Shown: piece after piece, positions 42,213 to 53,313 of the stretch
Layout: each line of letters starts with the position of its first letter
Numbering within the stretch: position 1 is the stretch's first letter
NCBI GenBank assembly: GCA_964204605.1
Contig: OZ123195.1
Span: 2,415,814 to 2,479,813, forward strand
Origin: Bacteroidota bacterium
GTDB taxonomy: Bacteria; Bacteroidota; Ignavibacteria; Kapaibacteriales; UBA961
Direction: 5' to 3'
DNA length: 64,000 nucleotides
The notes under the pieces: model-generated
Seen by the model: only the letters and a program-made list of their open reading frames with translations
The model's database searches: none
What the model was told of the DNA's origin: nothing
Made by a program: the position numbers and the translations under genes

Positions 42213-43607
42213 TTATTCTTTTTCGAATGAATATTTTTTGCCTTGCATTGGCAGCAAGATTTTCATGCCATCGTGCATAATATTACTGGCAGATGCGGCT
42301 AAGGATTCGCAAGCTTCTTGATCTCCATGAAGCAATACTAATAATTTAGGTTGTACCTGTTCAATAAAACCTAAAAGATCCTCTTTACAAGCATGAGCAC
42401 TAAATCTAAAATTTTTGATTGCACATTGTCTTTTTACAGCATGAGGACCAAACATAAATTTTTGATTAGGCTCTGAATGAGACAATGCATATCCTGGAGC
42501 ATCTGGATCTTGCCAACCAATAAAAGCGATGCCATAATTTCTTTTTTGCATCCAAGAATGCGCTAATTTATAGCTAATTGTTCCTGGGTTCATCATGCCA
42601 CTAGAAGCAATAACAATAGACGGAGTAGAAAAATAAGGTCCTTTTTCAATATCATCATATGGAATATCAATTTGGGGAATATCTGCTATTTCAAATCCAG
42701 GCTTAATTCTAGGAGATGTATAGCAATATCTATCTACGATAGCTGATATTTTTTTTCCCATTCCACCAGAAAAAATTGGCAAAGTTGGAATTAATCCTTT
42801 TTGTTGCATTTCAAAAATAATACAAAGAATTTCTTGTGTTTTCCCTAAAGCAAAGCTTGGAATTAAAATACTTCCATTTTGATTACTAATAGCATTAATG
42901 AATTTGGTAAGTTCAGCTTTAGATGTAGCGAAAGATAATTCTTCTGACTCTTTGGCTCCATTTGTGCTTTCACAAAACAATACATCTATATGATGCTTGG
43001 GAAAAGATGCTCCAGGAATCAAAGTTTGTTTTTTGAATTGCACATCTCCTGTATGAAAAACTGATAAACCATTCCATTCACATAATATACCTGAAGATCC
43101 TGGAATATGTCCTGCATCAAAAAAAGTACACTTAACAGGCATAAGGCCTCTTCTGCCTATAATCTCAAATGGTTCTTTATATGAATATGTTTCGAATACC
43201 GTAGAAATATATTCTGCAGTTTCTTTGGTATACAAACTCAAAGCATCTTGTTTAAATTGTGATATATCAATCTGCTCTCGAATAAGTTTGTTTGTGTTTT
43301 GTAACATTACTGATGTAATATCACGAGTTAAAGCAGTGGTTATCAAGCGCAAATATGGTTGTTCTTTTAGAATATAGGGCAAAGCACCAATATGATCTGT
43401 GTGTGCATGTGTTATTAATAATGCATCAGTTGGTTCATCTTCAATAGAATGGATTGAAGGAAAAGCATGAACTGATCTATTTTTGGGATGTAATCCAGCG
43501 TCTACTATAATCCCAGTGCCCCCAAAATTAAGAAATGTTGAATTGGCTCCAATTTGTTCTGCACCACCTAAAACATTAAAGTGTATCATGGGCTTTTGCG
43601 ATTGCAT
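42213..43607 (-). CDS. MBL-fold metallo-hydrolase with beta-CASP domain (RNA-metabolising nuclease family)
   Basis: ITHAHTDHIGALP (HxHxDH) and downstream beta-CASP-type motifs (DAGHIPGS, TGD). The 464 aa length is typical of CPSF/RNase-J-like bacterial proteins. Confidence 0.7.
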   Translation of the reverse strand: MQSQKPMIHFNVLGGAEQIGANSTFLNFGGTGIIVDAGLHPKNRSVHAFPSIHSIEDEPTDALLITHAHTDHIGALPYILKEQPYLRLITTALTRDITSVMLQNTNKLIREQIDISQFKQDALSLYTKETAEYISTVFETYSYKEPFEIIGRRGLMPVKCTFFDAGHIPGSSGILCEWNGLSVFHTGDVQFKKQTLIPGASFPKHHIDVLFCESTNGAKESEELSFATSKAELTKFINAISNQNGSILIPSFALGKTQEILCIIFEMQQKGLIPTLPIFSGGMGKKISAIVDRYCYTSPRIKPGFEIADIPQIDIPYDDIEKGPYFSTPSIVIASSGMMNPGTISYKLAHSWMQKRNYGIAFIGWQDPDAPGYALSHSEPNQKFMFGPHAVKRQCAIKNFRFSAHACKEDLLGFIEQVQPKLLVLLHGDQEACESLAASASNIMHDGMKILLPMQGKKYSFEKE

Positions 43608-45532
43608 TATTTACCCATCCATACTCTATGCCAAAGCGCTAGATTTAAAGCTGTGTATAAGGCTTTACCATATTTACCCCTGTTATTTTTATGATCTTGC
43701 AGCATAACCCTTAGATAACTTTTGTCTAAAATTCCATCTTTTACCAATTGAGAATTTAATATTGTATCGGAGGCATATGAAAACCATGGACCTCTTATCC
43801 ACTCTGCAACAGGAGCCGCAAATCCTTGTTTTTTTCGATAGATAATATCACGAGGTAAAAGTGGCTCAACTGCTTTTTTGAGTAAATACTTAGTTTCTTG
43901 CATTGATTTCATTTTTAAAGATGGATGAATTCTCATAGTATACTCAATCAATCGATGGTCTAAAAATGGAACTCGTGCTTCTAAAGAATGTGCCATTGTT
44001 ATTTTATCAACTCTCATTAATAATAGTTCTGGCAATCTATGTGAAAGTTCAATTCCTGCAATTCTTTGAGCATAATCTTTGGGATTAATCTGTAATTCCA
44101 TCATATCTTGATCAAATCTTGTGGGCATTGCATGAACATGTTCGGCAAGATATTTTGATTGTTTCCCTAATGCTAAACGTAAATGTGTTTTTGTATAATC
44201 TACCGCCCCACCTTGATATAAAGGCTCGCCATCTACAGCACGGCGCATATAATCTAAAGCTAGATATTGTTTAGCAGCCAACATAAAGGGCTTAATGGTA
44301 TGATATATTAGTTTCTGAACCTTTTTAGGATAGCCTATAAATTGTTTCCAATAAGAATCATGAAATTGTAAATCTCTTGTCATCCATGGATATCCAATAA
44401 ACTGCTCATCGCTACCTTCACCAACTTGAATAACGGTAGTGCCAGATTCTTTGGTTAATTTACTGAGAAAATAAAGTGGAATACACACTGGGTCTCCATT
44501 GGGTTCATCTTCGTGCCAAACCAAGTTTTCAAGAATAGGGAAAGCATCTTTATGATCTATCAAAATCTCATGATGATTTGTATTGAATAATGAAGCAATA
44601 GTTCTGGCATGTTTTAATTCATTGTATTGTTCAAGTTCTCTAAAACCAACTGTAAATGAATCAACAGGACGATTCATTAATTCCGACATCAAAGCAACAT
44701 TCGTACTTGAATCTATACCACCACTTAAAAATACCCCAAATGGTACATCGCTCATCATGCGATCTTTTACAGCCTGCCTAAGCAAAACCATAATTTCATC
44801 GATAGTTTCTTGTTCATTATGCTGCCAATAATCAGCTTGATGTGTTAAACATTTCCAATATCGTTTTATAGATAATTCTCCTTGTTTAGACAATATTCCA
44901 TAATGTCCAGCAGGCAATTTATGAATACCTGCAAACATTGAATCTTTATCGCTAGACATCGAAAAGGCAAGATAATTAGCCATTTCTTCATAGTTAACTT
45001 GCTTGATTATATCTGGATGCTGAAGTATGGATTTTATTTCTGACCCAAAAACAAAGATTCCATTATTATGATAATAGTATAAAGGTTTTATGCCAACCCT
45101 ATCGCGGGCAATAAATAATTTCTTTTCTGAATTATCCCAAATAGCAATTCCCCACATTCCAACCATTTTTGATAATAGATCAATACCATACTCGGCAAAT
45201 CCATAAAGAATTGTTTCGGTATCTGATTGAGATGTATAGATATATCCTTTTTTTTCTAAATCGATTCTAAGATCACGATGATTATAAATTTCACCATTAA
45301 AAGCAATAGTAAATCTACCATCCGGAGTAGACATTGGTTGATGTCCGGCAGGTGATAAATCAATGATAGCTAATCTTCTAAAAGCAAATCCAGCTTCACA
45401 ATCAGGTGAAATCCATTGTCCTTCATCATCTGGGCCACGATGAGAAATAATATCGCTCATTGCTTTTAATAATGATTGATTAATCCCTGATGAAGATTTA
45501 GCATATTCAATTATGCCAGCTATTCCACACAT
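43607..45532 (-). CDS. asnB: Asparagine synthase (glutamine-hydrolysing)
   Basis: N-terminal MCGIAGI nucleophile, a PP-loop SGGIDSS and a length of 641 aa. Confidence 0.9.
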   Translation of the reverse strand: MCGIAGIIEYAKSSSGINQSLLKAMSDIISHRGPDDEGQWISPDCEAGFAFRRLAIIDLSPAGHQPMSTPDGRFTIAFNGEIYNHRDLRIDLEKKGYIYTSQSDTETILYGFAEYGIDLLSKMVGMWGIAIWDNSEKKLFIARDRVGIKPLYYYHNNGIFVFGSEIKSILQHPDIIKQVNYEEMANYLAFSMSSDKDSMFAGIHKLPAGHYGILSKQGELSIKRYWKCLTHQADYWQHNEQETIDEIMVLLRQAVKDRMMSDVPFGVFLSGGIDSSTNVALMSELMNRPVDSFTVGFRELEQYNELKHARTIASLFNTNHHEILIDHKDAFPILENLVWHEDEPNGDPVCIPLYFLSKLTKESGTTVIQVGEGSDEQFIGYPWMTRDLQFHDSYWKQFIGYPKKVQKLIYHTIKPFMLAAKQYLALDYMRRAVDGEPLYQGGAVDYTKTHLRLALGKQSKYLAEHVHAMPTRFDQDMMELQINPKDYAQRIAGIELSHRLPELLLMRVDKITMAHSLEARVPFLDHRLIEYTMRIHPSLKMKSMQETKYLLKKAVEPLLPRDIIYRKKQGFAAPVAEWIRGPWFSYASDTILNSQLVKDGILDKSYLRVMLQDHKNNRGKYGKALYTALNLALWHRVWMGK

Positions 45533-45557
45533 AGTAGTTCCACAAATGAAAAGAGAA

Positions 45558-46676
45558 TTATTTTTTTGCTGGGAATAATCCCGCTTGGGAAGAAATATTT
45601 AAGAGTATTCCTACTGCGATAGCTGAAAGAATGACAGCTGTTCCACCATAACTTAAAAATGGTAATGGTAGTCCAGTTGTAGGTAAAATACCGCAGTTGA
45701 CGCCTATATTTACAAATGCATAAATAGAAATTGTTATTGTAATACCAAAAGCCAATAAGCTACCAAATTTATCTGGAGCATGTTTGGCAATACGTAAACC
45801 CCTTAAAGTAAATATGATAAATAAAGCCATTATTAACATTATGCCAATAAAGCCATATTCTTCTCCAATAATAGCCGAAATAAAATCGCCATAACTTTCA
45901 GGTAAAAATAAATCGCGCATATGGCTTTGGCCAGCCCCAACACCTAAAAATCCACCATTACCAAAGGCTAAAATTGCTTGTTTTAATTGATGATTTGAAT
46001 CTTTGGTTGCTGAGTCAGACCCAATATATGACAATAATCTTTTGACGCGATACGGAGCACTAATGCCATAAATTGCGATACCAATTCCAGAAAACAATCC
46101 AATAAAACCTAGAAATCTTGTCGGGATATTTCCCGCATATAATATCATAATAGAGATACAGCCTATAATCGTAGCTGTTGAAAAATTAGGCTGTAAGAAT
46201 ATCAAACCGCATACAATTCCAATTGATAGTAAAGCTGGTACAATACCCTCTTTAAAATTGTTTAATCTATCTTGATTATCTGAAAGCCATGCTGCTAAAA
46301 AAATCACTAATGCAAATTTTGCAAATTCAGAAGGTTGAAAAGAGAATGCACCAAGATTTAACCATCTTGATGCTCCTTTCATTTTAGAACCCATCACAAA
46401 TACAAGTAATAATAATGATATACCTGAATATAAAATCTTCTTATTCATAGACTTATATCTATGATAGTCTATTCTTGAAATTAAAATTGTAATAGCTAAA
46501 GCAACGAATACTCTTAATACTTGTGACATTAAAAATTTTTCACTTGAACCATATTTAGTAAATCCTATCGTAGAGCTTGCACTGTATACAATGGGAACAC
46601 TAAACATTAATAATGCAGTCATAATAAGAAGAATAAGCCAATCTAATCTTCCAGGTATTTCAGATTCTTTTGTCAT
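45558..46676 (-). CDS. SEDS family peptidoglycan glycosyltransferase (FtsW/RodA)
   Basis: About 10 TM helices and SEDS motifs (SEFAKFALVIFLAAWL ; LPESYGDFI ; GLPLPFLSYGG). Confidence 0.85.
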   Translation of the reverse strand: MTKESEIPGRLDWLILLIMTALLMFSVPIVYSASSTIGFTKYGSSEKFLMSQVLRVFVALAITILISRIDYHRYKSMNKKILYSGISLLLLVFVMGSKMKGASRWLNLGAFSFQPSEFAKFALVIFLAAWLSDNQDRLNNFKEGIVPALLSIGIVCGLIFLQPNFSTATIIGCISIMILYAGNIPTRFLGFIGLFSGIGIAIYGISAPYRVKRLLSYIGSDSATKDSNHQLKQAILAFGNGGFLGVGAGQSHMRDLFLPESYGDFISAIIGEEYGFIGIMLIMALFIIFTLRGLRIAKHAPDKFGSLLAFGITITISIYAFVNIGVNCGILPTTGLPLPFLSYGGTAVILSAIAVGILLNISSQAGLFPAKK

Positions 46677-47845
46677 ATTTCTTTTAATGCAAAGGATAAA
46701 TCATTGATTAAATCTTCAATATTCTCTATTCCGACAGACAGCCTTAATAGATTGTCTTTAATACCATAAGATTGCCGTCCATGTTCTCCAATGAGTTTAT
46801 GAGAAGTAAGTGCAGGAGAAGTAATTAATGATTCTACTCCACCAAGACTACCAGCAGGAATGATAATATTGAGTGAATCTAGAAAACGGGATATTGCAGA
46901 TTTATCTTCATTCTTCAGTTCAAAAGACATCATGCCGCCAAATCCATGCATTTGCTCTTTTGCTATTATATGCCCTGGATGAGTAATAAGTCCTGGAAAA
47001 TATACTGTACTTATAGCGGGATGATCCTGTAAATAATGGGCAATTTCCATTGCATTATGATTTTGTTTTTCAACTCTGATAGCAAGTGTTTTCATGCTTC
47101 TTTCTAATAATGCTAAATCACTTGCATTAAGAGAACACCCATACATTGTACCTAATAATCTACATTGTTCAATTATGTCTGATGAACCAGCTAATGCCCC
47201 CGCACAAAAATCGCTATGTCCACCAAGATATTTAGTTGCACTATGCATAATTAAATCACACCCTAATTGAGCTGGATTCTGATTGATAGGTGAAGCAAAA
47301 GTATTATCAATCATTGTTTTTATATTACAATGTTTTGCAATATGAGTTACAGACTTAATATCAATAATATTAAGCAAAGGATTAGAAGGTGTCTCAATAT
47401 ATATTAATGCTGTTTGTTCAATAATTGCTTCTTTTAGTTCATTAATTTTAGTGGCATCTACAAAGGTGTAGGAAATATTTCTTTTTGGTAATTCTTGCTC
47501 TATAAGTGCTAGTGTACCACCATAGAGATCTTTTTGAAATACTATATGTTCTCCAGGCTTAACCAAAGCCATAATGCCAATAGCAATAGCTGCCATGCCA
47601 GAGCTTAGTAATAAAGCTTTTTCGGTGCCTTCTAAAGTTGCTAATTTTTTAGCAACAGCATCATTATTTGGAGTATTGAAATTTCTTGGATATCGAATAT
47701 CTTTCGTTCTATAATCTATAGCAGAAGAAGGAAAAATCGGAGTATTCACACCTCCACTTATTGGGTCTCTTAAAGTGCCTGCATGAACACAAGAAGTGCT
47801 GGGTGAATATGTATAATCTGAGTTGCGGGTATTTGATTGTTTCAT
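46673..47845 (-). CDS. Cys/Met-metabolism PLP-dependent enzyme (cystathionine gamma-synthase / beta-lyase / methionine gamma-lyase family)
   Basis: PLP-lysine context SATKYLGGHSD and family length. It overlaps the ftsW/rodA start by 4 nt. Confidence 0.85.
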   Translation of the reverse strand: MKQSNTRNSDYTYSPSTSCVHAGTLRDPISGGVNTPIFPSSAIDYRTKDIRYPRNFNTPNNDAVAKKLATLEGTEKALLLSSGMAAIAIGIMALVKPGEHIVFQKDLYGGTLALIEQELPKRNISYTFVDATKINELKEAIIEQTALIYIETPSNPLLNIIDIKSVTHIAKHCNIKTMIDNTFASPINQNPAQLGCDLIMHSATKYLGGHSDFCAGALAGSSDIIEQCRLLGTMYGCSLNASDLALLERSMKTLAIRVEKQNHNAMEIAHYLQDHPAISTVYFPGLITHPGHIIAKEQMHGFGGMMSFELKNEDKSAISRFLDSLNIIIPAGSLGGVESLITSPALTSHKLIGEHGRQSYGIKDNLLRLSVGIENIEDLINDLSFALKEI

Positions 47846-47972
47846 TTGATCTATAAGAGATTATTTTAGTAACAAAAATAAGGAGAACACCTGCTTTTTT
47901 TCTCTTTATTCATAAAAAATTGAGGCGATTTTTCAATCTACTCATATTTTTCACGTATGTATCGAAACTTTT

Positions 47973-48677
47973 ATGAAAGTATCTTCTATTCTAAGCATAA
48001 TTTTTATTCTGATGTCTTGCTCTGATATCTCAAAAAAAACAGAAATCAATACGATTGTCCCACTTGAAAAACAATCAGCTATTCATACAATTAATCCTTA
48101 TGATTCCCTGCTAATTCCACTTTCGGAGGGAAATATGTGGTTTTTTGATATTTCATATCAGGATATTTCAACTGGCAGATTTCTAGAGCCTAATCAAGAA
48201 TTTCCATTTCCTCAGGCAGATACTTTATATGTACATGGAAGTACTCAATTAGATAGTAGTCCTTGCTCATTAATCAGAACATTATCTGTGCAAAAAGGTG
48301 GCACTTGGTATACTCCTCGTGAAAAAGGAATATATAGTTGGGCGCAAGACCCACAAGACACTACTTCTTTGCCTGTATTTAGTCTTACATATAAATATCC
48401 TGCTTATAAAAATGAGAAATACAGTACAAATGGAGTATATGTAATTGTAAAAGATACTGCAGCCTTGATATCAGTGCCAGCAGGTACTTTTACTTGCTAT
48501 CATTATTTCTCTAAAACTCCAGGACCAAATGGTGGCATATTCGAAAACAATGTATGGCTTTCTAAAGGGATTGGCATGATAAAAAACGAATCTGTATTAT
48601 TGACAAAAGGGATAAATCCGGTAAGGAGAATTGTCCAATTAAGAAAATATTTACATTCAAATTCTGCTTCAAGATAA
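47973..48677 (+). CDS. Hypothetical lipoprotein
   Basis: Lipobox ILMSCSD. I recognised no domain. Confidence 0.5.
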   Translation: MKVSSILSIIFILMSCSDISKKTEINTIVPLEKQSAIHTINPYDSLLIPLSEGNMWFFDISYQDISTGRFLEPNQEFPFPQADTLYVHGSTQLDSSPCSLIRTLSVQKGGTWYTPREKGIYSWAQDPQDTTSLPVFSLTYKYPAYKNEKYSTNGVYVIVKDTAALISVPAGTFTCYHYFSKTPGPNGGIFENNVWLSKGIGMIKNESVLLTKGINPVRRIVQLRKYLHSNSASR

Positions 48678-48758
48678 TTGTACCCAATCAGGTTTGTATC
48701 TTTGTAATGGTATAAATACATATAATCATTGTTTTTTTCTGTTTTCTAAGATTATTTC

Positions 48759-50531
48759 ATGTCACTACATTCTATCTATATTTCATTGCTATTGCTAATT
48801 TATCCTGTAGCAACTACGTTCTCTGCAATATCTCATCAAGAACTTATCAGGGCGATGAGAGATGAAATACAAAGATCTGTGCAAAAATTGCATGTTAATA
48901 ATCTTCAAAAGCCATATTATCTTGAATATACAATCACATTGCGTCATACAGAATCTTCAAAAGCTACTTTAGGTGGATTGGTATCAACTAAAGATATAGA
49001 AGGAGCATCAATTACTGTGGGAATAAGGGTAGGTAATGAGAAATTTGATAATACAAATTACTTTGATGCTGCTTTAGGTTTTTTTGGTAGCGGAGATGAT
49101 GAAGAATCCTTTAAAAATAGGCGAATTCCTTTAGAGCCTGATTATAGTTCTCTTCGACGAGAATTATGGTTAGCAACAGATGCGTGTTATAAACAATGCG
49201 CAGAACTATACTCCAAAAAAGAAGCTTCATTAAAAAATAGATTAAGAACAGACACAACACCTGATTTTACATTAATGCCTCCTGCAATTATTGCAGATAC
49301 TTCTTCATTTTCAAATGTTAATTTTTCTGACTATCAAGATCTAGTCAAAAAATTATCATCAATTTTTATCAATTATCCACAGATTTCTTTGAGTTCTGTT
49401 AGTGCTGAGTTTTTGCCAGAAACCATCTTATATGTAAATAGCGAAGGTAGAGAATATGTCAAAACTAAGCAGATGATTGGAATAGAAGTTGTAGCATCTA
49501 CGCAATGTAAAGATGGTATGCCTATAGCGTCAGCATACCATTGTTATGCTAATTCAGCAAAGGAATTACCAAATAATGATTCATTATTTAGGGCTACAGA
49601 GCAAACAGCTCAATCTCTTGTTTCAGCATCTGAAGCACAATCATTATCAGAGCCATATTCAGGCCCTATACTCTTTGAAGGACAAGCCGCTGCAGAAGTA
49701 TTTGCTCAGATATTTGCTCCTCATCTTATTGCTCAAAGGCCTCCTTTAACAGAGAGAGGAGTTCAAGATAATGAAAGAAATTCTGCTTTTCAGAATAAAA
49801 TTGGTGGTCGAGTTTTACCAGAGTTTTTGTCTGTTCAAGATAATCCATTAATGTCTTCTAATGGCTCTTCATCTTTAATAGGATCATATCGTATTGATGA
49901 TGAAGGAATACCAGCACAAACAATTTCGATTATTGAAAAAGGATATTTGAAAACATTGTTAAGTGGCAGAACACCTACAAAAAGAGTGAAAGCATCTAAT
50001 GGGCATTCACGAGGTGGTGCCCCAATTTTTAGTGTCTTACACCTAATGAGTGTTGATAAAAAGAAAGAAGGTGAATCTGAAGCTTTAAAAAAACGAATGC
50101 TTAAGCTATGTAAAGACCGTGATTTACCATATGGAATAATCGTAAAAAAAGTATTGAATATAAATGTATTATATACTGTGCTCTATGAACAAACTTCTGG
50201 GGAATTCCCATATGCACAAGGTGATTCTAAATTGACAGTATTAGAAGCATATCGAATATATCCCGATGGTAAAGAAGAAAGAATCAGAGGCTCTGAAATA
50301 GCTGGAATTTCACCTGCTACTTTTAAAGATATTTTGATGATAGGAAAAAAACATCATCCATATAATTATCTTGCACCTGCTGTTGTATCAGCATTTATGA
50401 CAGGTGGATCTCAATTTGTTTCAGCATCTCTGTTGGTTCCCGATATATTATTTGAAGACATTGAGTTAACTCCATTAGAAGGTGATTTTCCTAAACCACC
50501 TTTCTTGTCATTCCCTTCGGCACATCAATAG
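48759..50531 (+). CDS. Secreted TldD/PmbA-family metallopeptidase-like protein
   Basis: Signal peptide. The C-terminal region DDEGIPAQTISIIEKGYLKTLLSGR...NGHSRGGAP resembles the TldD/PmbA conserved C-terminus (DDEG..q...lIe.GvL...l......TGn.RR). The family call is from memory. Confidence 0.5.
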   Translation: MSLHSIYISLLLLIYPVATTFSAISHQELIRAMRDEIQRSVQKLHVNNLQKPYYLEYTITLRHTESSKATLGGLVSTKDIEGASITVGIRVGNEKFDNTNYFDAALGFFGSGDDEESFKNRRIPLEPDYSSLRRELWLATDACYKQCAELYSKKEASLKNRLRTDTTPDFTLMPPAIIADTSSFSNVNFSDYQDLVKKLSSIFINYPQISLSSVSAEFLPETILYVNSEGREYVKTKQMIGIEVVASTQCKDGMPIASAYHCYANSAKELPNNDSLFRATEQTAQSLVSASEAQSLSEPYSGPILFEGQAAAEVFAQIFAPHLIAQRPPLTERGVQDNERNSAFQNKIGGRVLPEFLSVQDNPLMSSNGSSSLIGSYRIDDEGIPAQTISIIEKGYLKTLLSGRTPTKRVKASNGHSRGGAPIFSVLHLMSVDKKKEGESEALKKRMLKLCKDRDLPYGIIVKKVLNINVLYTVLYEQTSGEFPYAQGDSKLTVLEAYRIYPDGKEERIRGSEIAGISPATFKDILMIGKKHHPYNYLAPAVVSAFMTGGSQFVSASLLVPDILFEDIELTPLEGDFPKPPFLSFPSAHQ

Positions 50532-50603
50532 AACTTTTTCTGATAGTATTGAGTTTTGATTATTATATTTTTCAAATGTACATTGTGGAACTTGGAAATA
50601 AAA

Positions 50604-52271
50604 ATGGCTTCAAGAATAATTAAATCTCCTCATGGCTCGCAATTAACCTGCAAAAACTGGCAGATTGAAGCTGCATATAGAATGATTCAAAATAATTTAG
50701 ACCCATCAGTAGCAGAACATCCTGAAAAGCTAATTGTTTATGGTGGCCTTGGCAAAGCTGCTAGAAATTGGGATTCTTTAGATGCAATTTTGGATTCTTT
50801 AAAACATATGAATCCAGATGAAACCCTGCTTGTGCAATCTGGTAAGCCTGTTGGTATTGTACCAACACATGAACAAGCGCCAAGGGTAATTATTGCTAAT
50901 TCTAATTTAGTAGGTAAATGGGCTAATTGGGATGAATTCCGTCGATTAGATGAATTAGGCCTGATGATGTATGGTCAAATGACAGCTGGAAGTTGGATAT
51001 ATATTGGAACCCAAGGCATTGTTCAAGGAACATATGAAACATTTGCTGAATGTGCCCGACAACATTTTGGCGGAGATTTGTTTGGAACTTTTATACTTAC
51101 CGCTGGATTAGGTGGTATGGGCGGTGCTCAACCACTAGCTGCTACTTTTAATGGAGCAGTTGCACTATGTATAGAGATCGATGAATCTAGAATCGATAAA
51201 CGTATAAAAGACGGATATTGCGATGTCAAACTTTCTTCTTTAACAGAAGCCCTTACACTTGTAGAAAACTGTAAGAAAAATCGTACAGCTTTGTCAATAG
51301 GATTAATTGGAAATGCTGCAGAAATTTTACCTGAAATGCTACATCGTGGAATAATTCCCGATATCGTTACAGATCAAACTGCTGCCCACGATCCTTTACA
51401 TGGTTATTATCCAGCAGGACTATCAAAAGAAGAAGCAGATATTCTGAGAGTTGAAGATCCTAATGAATATCTTAAAAAAAGTTATCACTCTATCGGCGAA
51501 CATGTTAAAGCAATGATTGCATTCCAAAAAGCTGGATCTATTGTTTTTGATTATGGAAATAATATAAGGGGCATAGCAAAAGATAATGCGGGTGTTCACA
51601 ATGCTTTCGATTTTCCAGGATTTGTTCCAGCTTATGTAAGACAATTATTCTGTGATGGTAATGGCCCCTTTAGATGGGTGGCCCTTTCTGGAGATCCTGA
51701 AGATATTGCTGTAACCGATGATGCCATTATGGGTTTATTCCCTCATAATGATGGCCTTCATAGATGGATTAAAAATGCTCAAAGTAGCATTGGTTATCAA
51801 GGCCTACCAGCCCGAATATGCTGGCTTAGCTATGGAGAAAGAGCAAAAGCAGGGAAACTATTTAATGATTTAGTTGCTTCTGGTAAAGTATCTGCTCCAA
51901 TAGTTATTGGAAGAGATCATCTAGATTGTGGCTCGGTTGCTTCTCCTTTTCGAGAAACAGAATCTATGCTTGATGGCTCTGATGCAATTGCAGATTGGGT
52001 GTACCTTAATTTTGCTCTAAATACTCTTGGAGGTGCAACTTGGGTTTCTCTTCATCAAGGTGGAGGAGTTGGCATGGGCTTATCGTTACACTCCGGAATG
52101 GTTATTGTTGCTGATGGAACCAAAGATGCAGAAAAAAGACTTAACAGAGTATTAACATATGATCCACTCATGGGAATTCTAAGGCATACAGATGCAGGAT
52201 ATTCAAGAGCGATCTCTAATGCTAAAAACTTTGGCATAAAAATTCCTTTGGTACCTATAACAAGAGATTAA
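50604..52271 (+). CDS. hutU: Urocanate hydratase
   Basis: [19 protein letters not shown]..., an NAD-binding [10 protein letters not shown] and full-length collinearity with HutU. I chose the ATG at 50604 over the ORF-track start at 50556. Confidence 0.95.
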   Translation: MASRIIKSPHGSQLTCKNWQIEAAYRMIQNNLDPSVAEHPEKLIVYGGLGKAARNWDSLDAILDSLKHMNPDETLLVQSGKPVGIVPTHEQAPRVIIANSNLVGKWANWDEFRRLDELGLMMYGQMTAGSWIYIGTQGIVQGTYETFAECARQHFGGDLFGTFILTAGLGGMGGAQPLAATFNGAVALCIEIDESRIDKRIKDGYCDVKLSSLTEALTLVENCKKNRTALSIGLIGNAAEILPEMLHRGIIPDIVTDQTAAHDPLHGYYPAGLSKEEADILRVEDPNEYLKKSYHSIGEHVKAMIAFQKAGSIVFDYGNNIRGIAKDNAGVHNAFDFPGFVPAYVRQLFCDGNGPFRWVALSGDPEDIAVTDDAIMGLFPHNDGLHRWIKNAQSSIGYQGLPARICWLSYGERAKAGKLFNDLVASGKVSAPIVIGRDHLDCGSVASPFRETESMLDGSDAIADWVYLNFALNTLGGATWVSLHQGGGVGMGLSLHSGMVIVADGTKDAEKRLNRVLTYDPLMGILRHTDAGYSRAISNAKNFGIKIPLVPITRD

Positions 52272-52650
52272 TGACAAAGCCTGTAAATATGACAGGCCAA
52301 ATATGACAAAAAGTTATATCAATAGTTAAACCCAAGTCAAATTGTCACACTCTTAATACATGACATACATGATTTCTTCACTTTTACAGGATTGAATGGT
52401 ACAAATTTGTTACTGCTTTTATGTGGTTGGCATATAGCCACCAAATAGTTCACATCATTTTTTTACATTTTTTTAGTTCAATACTATGATTGCTCTTACA
52501 GAAAAAACTCATGTCGAAGACGTGCTTAAAGGAGCCGTGACTGGTTTTGAAACTACAAAGCCAGCTAATGTTTATTATGATGATGATCGTTTTGGACAAC
52601 CTCAAGAAATTCAAACAGTTTCTGCCATAGTCTTTAAAGGAAAGGAAAAC

Positions 52651-53208
52651 ATGGATTTAGCACTGCAAATCGAAAATCTGTTCAAAACAGATCGCAAAAA
52701 ATTTCTAGGATTTATTCGTCAACGTGTCCGTAGCCAAGAAGAAGCTGAAGATATTTTACAAGATGTTTTTACTAATGTACTTGCTGCATCTGCTCACGTA
52801 CAAAAACCTATAGAAAACATAGCATCCTGGGTTTTTACTGCAGTAAGAAATCGTATTATTGATTCTTATCGCAAGAAAAGATCAGAAACTTTTTCTGATA
52901 TGTATACTGCTGGCCAAATTGAAGATGGAATGGATTCTTTTGAGAATTTTATCAGCGATATATCTCATACTCCAGACAGCGACTTATTAAGAAAAACTAT
53001 TTGGGAAGCAGTATTAGAAGGTCTGGCTGAACTTCCTAGTGAACAAAGAGAAGTATTCGTCAAAAATGAATTTGAAGGTGTTTCTTTTCGTGAAATGAGC
53101 GAAGAAACTGGTGTTAATATCAATACTCTTCTTGCAAGAAAAAGATATGCAGTTCTTCATTTACGAAAGCATTTACAAGAGCTTTACGACTCATTAGATG
53201 GTAATTAA
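52651..53208 (+). CDS. ECF-type RNA polymerase sigma-70 family factor
   Basis: Region 2 (EDILQDVFTNVL...SWVFTAVRNRIIDSYRKK) and region 4 HTH (LPSEQREVFVKNEFEGVSFREMSEETGVNINTLLARKRYAV). The start was chosen at the ATG at 52651, which follows aaaggaaagga. The ORF is open back to 52486, which would add 55 aa. Confidence 0.75.
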   Translation: MDLALQIENLFKTDRKKFLGFIRQRVRSQEEAEDILQDVFTNVLAASAHVQKPIENIASWVFTAVRNRIIDSYRKKRSETFSDMYTAGQIEDGMDSFENFISDISHTPDSDLLRKTIWEAVLEGLAELPSEQREVFVKNEFEGVSFREMSEETGVNINTLLARKRYAVLHLRKHLQELYDSLDGN

Positions 53209-53228
53209 TAAAAGATAAATAAAAGATT

Positions 53229-53261
53229 AGCCTGATTCTAAAGGAACTCAGGCTTTTTTTA
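53229..53261 (+). terminator. Rho-independent terminator after the sigma factor gene
   Basis: Stem agcctga / tcaggct followed by T7. Confidence 0.65.
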
Positions 53262-53313
53262 TGTCCTTTTTTGCAATTTGCATATTGATTCATGTACTAA
53301 TTATTAAAGAACA

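Noticed and set aside
40586-44831. Small plus-strand ORFs inside the double-NBD ABC gene, the beta-CASP gene and asnB (40586..40822, 43483..43707, 44583..44831)
   Set aside because: They are antisense to strongly supported minus-strand genes.
48503-52237. Small ORFs overlapping the lipoprotein, TldD-like and hutU genes (48503..48721, 49546..49749, 51423..51644, 52055..52237)
   Set aside because: They are alternative-frame or antisense overlaps.
52272-52300. Hairpin gcctgt-aaatatg-acaggc immediately after hutU
   Set aside because: Only a 6-bp stem and it is not followed by a T-run, so I did not call it an intrinsic terminator. It is noted under the sigma-factor upstream finding.
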